Positions 7,969-15,272 of a stretch of DNA of 64,000 bases are shown in pieces. Numbering within the stretch: the stretch's first letter is position 1; each line of letters starts with the position of its first letter. Both the position numbers and the translations under genes were made by a program. A model generated the notes under the pieces. The model saw only the letters and a list, made by a program, of their open reading frames with translations, searched no databases and was not told the DNA's origin. The stretch lies in assembly GCA_963723125.1 (NCBI GenBank), contig CAVRPQ010000001.1:761767-825766 (forward strand), written 5' to 3'. Origin of the DNA: an uncultured bacterium. Lineage in GTDB: Bacteria; Verrucomicrobiota; Verrucomicrobiia; Limisphaerales; UBA11358.

Positions 7969-9747
7969 ATGAACCGCACCGAATTAAAGACTGAAATTGA
8001 CCAACGCTGGCCCGCCCAGGTGCAGTGCCGGTCTGAATCCGCTTCACTGTGCGAACTGGCCTGCGCCCGCGCCGCGTTGCCGGAGCTGTGCGGACGCCTT
8101 TTCCTCGAATGGAATTTCAGCTTCGCGGGATTGATCGTCGAGGAAGGCGCGAGCGAATGGCAGTTGCGTTACGCCTTTTACGGCGACGTGGCTGCGGCGC
8201 CCCCGCCGCAGAATGTGCGCGCAACGTCTTCGTCGAGCGAAACGCAAATGGCGAAATCGGGCGACGTGGCGTCGCCTTCACTGACTGTGACGAAGGCGTC
8301 GCAGCCAATCGGTTGGGTTCATGTGCTGGTCACTGCGCCGCTCGCTGAAAAGACTTTTCCGAGTATTGTCAAATTCGTTCACGCCGCCGACTGGCACGAG
8401 CGCGAAGCGGAAGATTTGTTCGGCATCCACTTTGATGGCCATCCGCGTCTCGGCGACTTCATTCTGCACGACGACGCCTGGCAGGAAAACGTCGAGCCGA
8501 TGCGCCGGCATTTCGATCCGAAGGCGGCGATGCGCCATCGCAAGCCGGATGAAGACTGGCGGCCGCATCGTATTGTTCAAGAGCCGGGCGCGTTCGTGAT
8601 GCCGGTCGGACCAAAATATTCCGGCGTCACCGAGTCGGTTCATTTTCTGCTCGAAACGGTTGGCGAAGATGTCATCCGCTCCACGCCGCGCCTGTTCTAC
8701 AAATGGCGTGCGATTGAAAAACTCGCCGAGGGCAAAACGGCGGATGAAGTTTTGTTGCTGGCCGAACGGTTTGCGGCGACCACGGCCTTTGCTCACGGAC
8801 TCGCTTATTGTCAGGCCGTTGAAAGCATTTGCGGTGCGAATGTTCCGCCGCGCTCCAAGACCCTGCGTGTGTTTCTGGCTGAACTGGAACGGCTGCGCCA
8901 GCACGCCGGCGCGATTCAAGAAATTTGCGAGTCCACCGCACTGGCTGTGGCCAACGCACACGCAGGAATTTGCGAGGAGGAATTGCTGCGCATTTCCGGC
9001 GAACTCACCGGCCATCGCTATCTGTTTGGGCTGCTTGCGCTTGGCGGATTGCTTTGCGATTTGCCGAACGATGCCTGTGCCAAGGCGCTCGAAAAATCGC
9101 AGAAGGTTTTGACGCAACTGAACGTGCTGGAAAAGCATTTGCGCGTTTCCAGCAGTTTTTTGGACCGGCTGGAAGAAGTTGGCATCGTGCCGGAACGGAC
9201 GGCGATGGTTTATGGCTTGCTAGGACCCATTGCCCGCGCGTCGGGCATCATCCGCGACCTACGCCGCGCGCAACCGTATTTGGGTTACGAAAATCTTCAG
9301 TTCGACGTGCCGGGCGAGCAGGAAGGCGACGGCTATGCGCGGTTGCGGATTCTATTCGCCGAAGCAAGACAATCGGGTCGCATCATGGAACAAGCCGTTG
9401 CCGCATTGAACAAGGTAGGGCGGGCCAGTCCTCTGCCCGCCGCCCGTCAGCCTACGCAGGACGGCGCGCACGGAGTGGCGCGCCCTACCAACTCCAAGGA
9501 CAGCGATATTTGTGCGCCGTTTCAATTTCGCGCGGGCGCGGCGTTGGGCTGGGTCGAAGCCCCGCGCGGCGGCGCATTTCATTGGGTGCGGCTGGATGGA
9601 AATGGAAAAGTCGCGCGCTATCGCATCATCGCGCCTTCCTTTGCCAACTGGCACGGGTTCCATTTGTCCGTGGAGAAGTTCGCGTTCCAGGATTTTCCCA
9701 TCATGCTCTCCACGTTTGATCTGTCCGTGTCCGAGAACGACCGATGA
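7969..9747 (+). CDS. fused NuoC/NuoD-like 'large subunit' (HycE/HyfG homolog) lacking NiFe ligands (EhrL-like)
   Basis: 592 aa, alignable by eye to HycE. AERFAATTAFAHG replaces AERVCGICGFAHS. C-terminal FDLSVSENDR replaces DPCYSCTDR. Carries two in-frame repeat insertions. Confidence 0.85.
   Translation: MNRTELKTEIDQRWPAQVQCRSESASLCELACARAALPELCGRLFLEWNFSFAGLIVEEGASEWQLRYAFYGDVAAAPPPQNVRATSSSSETQMAKSGDVASPSLTVTKASQPIGWVHVLVTAPLAEKTFPSIVKFVHAADWHEREAEDLFGIHFDGHPRLGDFILHDDAWQENVEPMRRHFDPKAAMRHRKPDEDWRPHRIVQEPGAFVMPVGPKYSGVTESVHFLLETVGEDVIRSTPRLFYKWRAIEKLAEGKTADEVLLLAERFAATTAFAHGLAYCQAVESICGANVPPRSKTLRVFLAELERLRQHAGAIQEICESTALAVANAHAGICEEELLRISGELTGHRYLFGLLALGGLLCDLPNDACAKALEKSQKVLTQLNVLEKHLRVSSSFLDRLEEVGIVPERTAMVYGLLGPIARASGIIRDLRRAQPYLGYENLQFDVPGEQEGDGYARLRILFAEARQSGRIMEQAVAALNKVGRASPLPAARQPTQDGAHGVARPTNSKDSDICAPFQFRAGAALGWVEAPRGGAFHWVRLDGNGKVARYRIIAPSFANWHGFHLSVEKFAFQDFPIMLSTFDLSVSENDR
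8190..8306. repeat. palindromic element family B, copy B1 (in frame in the large-subunit gene)
   Basis: Termini GGCTGCGGCGCC ... GGCGTCGCAGCC. 117 nt encoding VAAAPPPQNVRATSSSSETQMAKSGDVASPSLTVTKASQP. Confidence 0.7.
9414..9489. repeat. palindromic element family A, copy A1 (in frame in the large-subunit gene)
   Basis: GGTAGGGCG...CGCCCTACC termini. Encodes VGRASPLPAARQPTQDGAHGVARPTN in a region where my recalled E. coli HycE sequence shows no comparable segment. Confidence 0.85.
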
Positions 9748-9781
9748 AATCGTCAATCGAAAATCTTAAATCGTAAATGCT

Positions 9782-10528
9782 ATGAGCCAATGGGTCATCA
9801 ACGGCATTCGCGCCGGAATCAAAACGACCGCGTATCCAGCCAAGCCGGAGGCTGGGGCAGGTGTGACGCCTGGTTTGCCGGTGGGCGGAGATTATCCCGC
9901 TAGCGAAATTGATTCACTAATTTCGCGTTGCCCAACCGATGTGTTCAGCGACAGCGACGGCCAAATTATCGCGGACGTTCGTCGCTGCATTCATTGTTAC
10001 CGCTGTGTTCGCGACATTGAACACCCGGTGAATTGGCAGCAATCCTATGAGTGGGGAATTGCCCGTGACGGCCAGCATGAATTCGGCCAGCCGTTCGAGC
10101 GTTCGATTCATATCTGCGTCGTGGACGCGGGCGATTGTGGCGCGTGCCTCAATGAAGTTCGGCAACTCAACAATCCGTATTACAACATGCACCGGCTCGG
10201 ATTTTTCATCACGCCTTCGCCGCGCCACGCGGACGTGCTGCTGGTTGTCGGCCCGGTAACGGACCACATGAAGTTCGCATTAAAGAAAGTTTATGATGCC
10301 ATGCCCACACCCAAGCGGGTCATCGCCGTCGGTGCGTGCGCTTTGACCGGCGGAGTGTTTGCCGGGAGTTTTGTCTGCGCCAAGGGAGTGGCGGACGTGT
10401 TGCCGGTGGACGTGGAAGTGCCCGGCAATCCGCCGCCGCCACTGGCAATTCTGCACGGGCTGCTTGTGGCGGTTGGTCGCAAAGCGCCGGCGGCGCGGGC
10501 AACTGAAAATAAGGTGGTGAAAGCATAA
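9782..10528 (+). CDS. NuoB/HycG-like small subunit with N-terminal ferredoxin remnant (EhrS-like)
   Basis: DCGACLNEV, SPRHADVLLVVGPVT and AVGACALTGG match HycG/NuoB. VPGNPPPP replaces PGCPP. The N-terminus keeps RCP...CIHCYRC (one 4Fe-4S-like motif). Confidence 0.85.
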   Translation: MSQWVINGIRAGIKTTAYPAKPEAGAGVTPGLPVGGDYPASEIDSLISRCPTDVFSDSDGQIIADVRRCIHCYRCVRDIEHPVNWQQSYEWGIARDGQHEFGQPFERSIHICVVDAGDCGACLNEVRQLNNPYYNMHRLGFFITPSPRHADVLLVVGPVTDHMKFALKKVYDAMPTPKRVIAVGACALTGGVFAGSFVCAKGVADVLPVDVEVPGNPPPPLAILHGLLVAVGRKAPAARATENKVVKA

Positions 10529-12757
10529 ATGGATACGCCAACGCTCATTTCAATCTTTTTTGCGCTTTGCGGCGTGGGCATTTTGCTGTCGCTGGCCGCA
10601 CCCCGGTCGCGTCAAGGCAACGTGCTTGCGTGGCTGGGTTGTCTCGCATCCATTGCTTTGATTTTGGCTGGCGCAAGCGCATTGCTGGCCGGAAAGACTT
10701 TCAACCAGCCGCTATGGACGTTGCCGGGATTGGCGGCCACGCTCACGGTAAAATTGGACTTCCTCTCGGCGGTGTTCATTTTCGTCACCGGCCTGGTGCT
10801 TTTTCCAGCTTCAATTTTCGGGCGTGGCTGCGACGCCTCGTCGCAGGCGCGTGGACGCGACGCCCGCGTCGCGCGAGAAACAGAGGGCGACGAGGCGTCG
10901 CCTTTACCTTCTGCGACGAGGGCGTCGCAGCCACGCGCGTTCACGGTATTCATGTTCGGCCTCTATGCGTCCATCGCCCTGATTTTTCTGGCGGGTGATG
11001 TCGTGCCGTTCCTTCTGGCATGGGAAGTGATGTCCATACTTTGTTGGCTGCTCATCGTGTGCGCACGGGAAAAGGGAAATGACCATGCTGGTTCGGGTTA
11101 TCTGCTGCTGGCGATGGGAGAAGCGGGAACGCTCGCGGCGGCGCTTGGTTTTCTTCTGCTCGCGGTTGGAACCGGATCATTGGATTTCGGCGGAATCAGG
11201 TCGGCGGCGTCAGGCTTGGACGCTGGAGTGCGATGGGCGGTCTTCCTGCTTTCATTCTTCGGCTTCGGCGTGAAGGCCGGATTGGTCCCGGTGAATTTCT
11301 GGTTGCCGCGCGCCTATGTCGCCGCGCCGCGCGCTTTTGTGCCAGTGCTGGCGGGCGCGACGCTGAACCTCGGCCTTTATGGAATTTTGCGAGTGAACGC
11401 CGACCTCATGCCGGCGACCCACACCGCGCCGGGCTTGGTCGCGCTCATTGTCGGCACACTCTCCGCTCTGATCGGGATTCTTTATGCGACGACGGACAAT
11501 GACCTCAAAATCATGCTGGCGCACAGTTCAATTGAGAACGTGGGCATCATCGTCGCCGGCTTCGGCGCGGGAATGGTTTTTGTGGCGACCAATCATCCGG
11601 CGCTGGCGGCAATCGCCTTCGTCGCGGCGCTGTATCATTTAATCAATCACTCGCTATACAAAACTCTGCTGTTCTTCGGCGTGGGGACGGTGGAAGCACA
11701 AACCGGCACGCGCGACATGGACCGGCTCGGCGGCTTGAGCAAATGGATGCCGCTCACCTCCCTTGGATTTCTCGTCGGCGCGCTTTCCATCGCCGGGCTG
11801 CCGCCGTTCAACGGTTTTGTGAGTGAATGGCTAACGCTGCAAACCATGCTGCGCTCGGCGGAACTTTCGGCGATTGGCGCAAAATTGGTTTTCGCCCTGT
11901 GTGGCGCGGGGCTGGCATTGACGGCGGCTTTGGCAGTCACTTGTTTCGTGAAAGTTTATGCGATGAGCTTTTTGGGAATGCGACGCCTGGAGGAAGAACA
12001 GAAAGTCAACGAAGCCAAATCCGGCTCGCTCACGCCAATGGCCATCCTTGCCGCGTTGTGCCTCGCGTTTGGCGTGCTGCCAACATACATAATTCCCGCG
12101 CTGGCCCTAGCGACCAATTCCTTGGATGGCGTGAGTGCCGCCGATGCGCTTGTGCCACCATTCTTTGCTTCCAGTCCGGCGCACGGCACGTTACCGCCCG
12201 CCTTCGTTGAAGATTTTCATAATATCGGCGCCCAAGTGGGACAAAGTATTCTACCCGGACGCGGCTTGGTCGTGCTCCATCGAGGCGGCACGGAAAATCC
12301 GGTGGTCTTCGCCATGTCCACTTCCTACATGATCGTGGTTTTGCTTGTTTTGCTGCTGCTGACATACGTTATTGTCTGCCTTTGGCTGACGCGCAGCCGG
12401 AAATTGACGCGGCGGCTGCGTTGGGACGGCGGCGTGCGAAATTTGCTGCCGGAGATGACTTACACGGCGACGGGCATTTCCAATCCAGTGCGGGTGATTT
12501 TCGACGCGGTGTTCCGGCCAACAACGGTGGAGGACACGCGCGAAACCGTGGCGGAACATTTTCGCACGGCCATCATCCGTGAGAAAGAGCGCGTGCATTT
12601 GGTGGACAAGCTGGTTTTTCATCCGGTCAGGACGGTGGTGATGTGGTTTGCCGGCCGTCTGGCGCGGATGCACCACGGACGATTCAACGCCTACGCGGCG
12701 TATGCGCTGTTGACGTTGCTGGTCGTGCTGGTCGTGTTTTTATTCCAAACATCGTAA
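10529..12757 (+). CDS. NuoL/HyfB-like antiporter subunit, paralog 1 (EhrA-like)
   Basis: 742 aa. Motifs WEVMSILCWLLI, FGFGVKAGLVPVNFWLPRAY, AHSSIENVG. HyfB-type C-terminal domain RWDGGVR..LPEMTYTATG. Confidence 0.9.
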   Translation: MDTPTLISIFFALCGVGILLSLAAPRSRQGNVLAWLGCLASIALILAGASALLAGKTFNQPLWTLPGLAATLTVKLDFLSAVFIFVTGLVLFPASIFGRGCDASSQARGRDARVARETEGDEASPLPSATRASQPRAFTVFMFGLYASIALIFLAGDVVPFLLAWEVMSILCWLLIVCAREKGNDHAGSGYLLLAMGEAGTLAAALGFLLLAVGTGSLDFGGIRSAASGLDAGVRWAVFLLSFFGFGVKAGLVPVNFWLPRAYVAAPRAFVPVLAGATLNLGLYGILRVNADLMPATHTAPGLVALIVGTLSALIGILYATTDNDLKIMLAHSSIENVGIIVAGFGAGMVFVATNHPALAAIAFVAALYHLINHSLYKTLLFFGVGTVEAQTGTRDMDRLGGLSKWMPLTSLGFLVGALSIAGLPPFNGFVSEWLTLQTMLRSAELSAIGAKLVFALCGAGLALTAALAVTCFVKVYAMSFLGMRRLEEEQKVNEAKSGSLTPMAILAALCLAFGVLPTYIIPALALATNSLDGVSAADALVPPFFASSPAHGTLPPAFVEDFHNIGAQVGQSILPGRGLVVLHRGGTENPVVFAMSTSYMIVVLLVLLLLTYVIVCLWLTRSRKLTRRLRWDGGVRNLLPEMTYTATGISNPVRVIFDAVFRPTTVEDTRETVAEHFRTAIIREKERVHLVDKLVFHPVRTVVMWFAGRLARMHHGRFNAYAAYALLTLLVVLVVFLFQTS
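10826..10932. repeat. palindromic element family B, copy B2 (in frame in paralog 1)
   Basis: GGCTGCGACGCC ... GGCGTCGCAGCC. Encodes [36 protein letters not shown]. Absent at this position in paralogs 2 and 3. Confidence 0.85.
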
Positions 12758-12768
12758 AACTTTTTCAA

Positions 12769-13011
12769 CCACGGATGGACGCGGATGAACACGGATAAAA
12801 AAAGCTGTGCGTGGTCAGAAATCGCGCCAGCGTCCTGGAGTGCGGTGGCAGAGCGCAGCGACGACACCGCTTTCCCACGCCGGACGGCACCCGCAGCGAT
12901 TGATACTCGTGCCGCCGAAAGCGGCGTCGCGCTCCGCTTGCCGCCGCAGTCCAAAACCTCGCGGCGGTTCGAGCGGAGTTTGAATCCGTGTCCATCCGTG
13001 TTCATCCGTGG
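12769..13011. repeat. MITE-like structured element of about 243 bp between paralogs 1 and 2
   Basis: Imperfect terminal inverted repeats built from ATCCGTG units (ccacggatggacgcggatgaacacggat / atccgtgtccatccgtgttcatccgtgg). Internal imperfect palindrome (gagtgcggtggcagagcgcagcg... / ...cgcgctccgcttgccgccgcagtc). Confidence 0.8.
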
Positions 13012-13025
13012 TTCAGATTGAATTT

Positions 13026-15227
13026 ATGAGCGCGGATGGATTGCTGCTCACGCTGATTTTCGCGCTGTGCTTTGCCGGCGCGCTGGCGGGAATTTTTGTC
13101 CCCGACCGGCGCAATCCGGCGCTGCTGGCCTGGACCGGATCGCTGGCGGCGCTCCTGACGTTGTGGGTCAGCGGCAATGTCCTGTGGTCGGGGCAAGTGT
13201 TCCAAGCCGAACTCTGGACGATTCGTGGTTTGGGAACGCTGACCGTTTCAATTGACCGTCTCTCGGCGCTCTTCCTGGCAGTGGCGGCGCTGGTGGTTCT
13301 GACCAGTTCGATTTTCTCGGCGGGTTATTTGAAACGCTATTCCGGCCACTACAACCTGAAGGCGCACAACGCCTGGTATCTGCTGCTGTTCGCTTCCATC
13401 GTGCTCATCCTGATTGCGAACGACGCGCTGTTGTTCCTGCTGGCGTGGGAGGCGATGTCCATTTTGAGCTATCTGCTCGTCAATTTCGAGCACCGTCGCG
13501 CCGAAACCAGCCGCGCGAGTTATCTCATGCTGGTAATGGGCGAAGCGGGCTTCATCGCGGTCGCGCTGGTGTTCCTGTTTCTCGCGGTGAAAACCGGCTC
13601 GCTGGATTTTTCTGCGTTCAGAACGGCGGGCGCTAACCTCGGCGGCTTTGCCCGCTGGACAATTTTTCTGCTGACGTTCTTTGGTTTCGGCGTCAAAGCC
13701 GGGTTGGTGCCGGTCAACACCTGGTTGCCGCGCGCCCACCCTGCCGCGCCTGCGAACGTCTCGGCAATTTTGTCCGGCACGATTTTGAACCTGGGACTTT
13801 ACGGTATTGTCCGCGTAAATCTCGACCTCGTGTCCGTCACGCAAAACGGAATGATTGGCGCGGGCGTGGTGGTGCTCATCATTGGGACAATTTCCGCACT
13901 GGTCGGAATCCTCTATGCGACCACCGAGAACGACCTCAAGGCCATGCTCGCACACAGCTCGATTGAAAACATCGGCATCGTCACCGCCGGCCTCGGCGCG
14001 GGCATGATTTTCACCTGCTACAACAAACCAGCACTGGCGGGCATCGCTTTCATCGCCGCGTTTTATCACATGATCAACCACTCGGTGTATAAATCGCTGC
14101 TGTTTTTTGGCGCGGGAACCGTGGACGACCGCGCCGGCACGCGCGATTTGAACAAACTCGGCGGCCTGATTCGCGCAATGCCGTGGACGGCGGGTGCGTT
14201 TTTGGTGGGCACGCTGGCGATTTCAGCGTTGCCGCCGTTCAACGGGTTCGTCAGCGAATGGCTCACGCTGCAAACGATGCTGCGCTCGGCGGAACTGCCC
14301 TCGACGCTCGTGAAATTGGTTTTCGCGTTATGTGGCGCGGGGCTGGCGCTCACGGCGGCACTGGCCGTGACGTGTTTCGTCAAGGCGTTTGCGATGGGCT
14401 TTCTCGGCATGTCGCGTTCAGAAGAAGCCGCCAAAGCCGTGGAAGCGAAAACTCCATCAATCGCGCCGATGATTCTTTTGGCATCGCTCTGTGTGCTGCT
14501 CGGCGTGCTGCCGACATACATAATTCCGGCGTTGGACACGGCGGTTCGTGGCTGCGACGCCTCGTCGCAGAGCGTGGGTGCGACGGGGGCGTCGCAGCCA
14601 CCAAATGCCGCCGACGCGCTGGTGCCGCCTTTCTTCGCCTCGAACCCGGCGCACAACACGTTGCCAACCGCGCTCGTGGAAGACTTTCATAATATCGGCG
14701 CGCAAGTTGGACAGAATGTATTGCCCGGACGCGGCTTGGTGGTGCTCCATCGCGGCGGCACGGAAAATCCGGTCGTTTTTGCCATGTCCACCTCCTACAT
14801 GGTCATCGTCTTAGGCGCATTGCTATTGGGGGTTTACGTTGTCATCCGCTTGTGGCTGACGCGAAATCGAAAGTTGGCTCGGCGGACACGCTGGGATGGC
14901 GGGGTGCGGCGTCTGTTGCCGGAAATGACTTACACGGGCACCGGCTTTTCCAATCCGGTGCGCGTGATTTTTGACGCGGTGTTTCGCCCAACCACGGTGG
15001 AGGACACGCGCGAAACCGTGGCGGAACATTTCCGCACCGCCATCCGGCGCGAGCGGGTGGCGGTGCATATCGTGGATCGCTGGTTCATCCAGCCGACCAA
15101 AAATGCCGTGATGGGATTGGCCCGTGGTCTGGCGGTGATGCACCACGGGCGCATCAACGCCTACGCCGGCTACGTGTTGCTGGCGCTGCTGGCGGTCGTG
15201 CTGTTTTTGCTGATACTGACATCGTGA
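13026..15227 (+). CDS. NuoL/HyfB-like antiporter subunit, paralog 2
   Basis: Start taken at ATG 13026 (MSADGLLL), just past the repeat element. Collinear with paralogs 1 and 3. Confidence 0.9.
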   Translation: MSADGLLLTLIFALCFAGALAGIFVPDRRNPALLAWTGSLAALLTLWVSGNVLWSGQVFQAELWTIRGLGTLTVSIDRLSALFLAVAALVVLTSSIFSAGYLKRYSGHYNLKAHNAWYLLLFASIVLILIANDALLFLLAWEAMSILSYLLVNFEHRRAETSRASYLMLVMGEAGFIAVALVFLFLAVKTGSLDFSAFRTAGANLGGFARWTIFLLTFFGFGVKAGLVPVNTWLPRAHPAAPANVSAILSGTILNLGLYGIVRVNLDLVSVTQNGMIGAGVVVLIIGTISALVGILYATTENDLKAMLAHSSIENIGIVTAGLGAGMIFTCYNKPALAGIAFIAAFYHMINHSVYKSLLFFGAGTVDDRAGTRDLNKLGGLIRAMPWTAGAFLVGTLAISALPPFNGFVSEWLTLQTMLRSAELPSTLVKLVFALCGAGLALTAALAVTCFVKAFAMGFLGMSRSEEAAKAVEAKTPSIAPMILLASLCVLLGVLPTYIIPALDTAVRGCDASSQSVGATGASQPPNAADALVPPFFASNPAHNTLPTALVEDFHNIGAQVGQNVLPGRGLVVLHRGGTENPVVFAMSTSYMVIVLGALLLGVYVVIRLWLTRNRKLARRTRWDGGVRRLLPEMTYTGTGFSNPVRVIFDAVFRPTTVEDTRETVAEHFRTAIRRERVAVHIVDRWFIQPTKNAVMGLARGLAVMHHGRINAYAGYVLLALLAVVLFLLILTS
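14550..14599. repeat. palindromic element family B, short copy B3 (in frame in paralog 2)
   Basis: ggctgcgacgcctcgtcgcagagcgtgggtgcgacgggggcgtcgcagcc, encoding GCDASSQSVGATGASQP. Paralogs 1 and 3 lack it at the same site. Confidence 0.85.
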
Positions 15228-15272
15228 TGAGTCCGACATTCGTCGAAGTCGTCGCGGCAGTGGAAAAGATTT

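Noticed and set aside
8278-9138. Long antisense or alternate-frame ORFs opposite real genes. Examples: 8278-9138(-), 13248-14081(-), 16455-17354(-), 17439-18608(-), 36930-38120(+), 38296-39147(+), 39278-40108(+), 40305-41612(-), 58956-60176(+), 62503-63429(+), 15224-16390(+).
   Set aside because: Their translations are Arg/Gly/His/Pro-rich low-complexity sequence typical of shadow frames in GC-rich DNA. The opposite or alternate frame carries clear family motifs (enolase, EF-Ts, S2, UMP kinase, antiporter subunits, FG-GAP, TPR).
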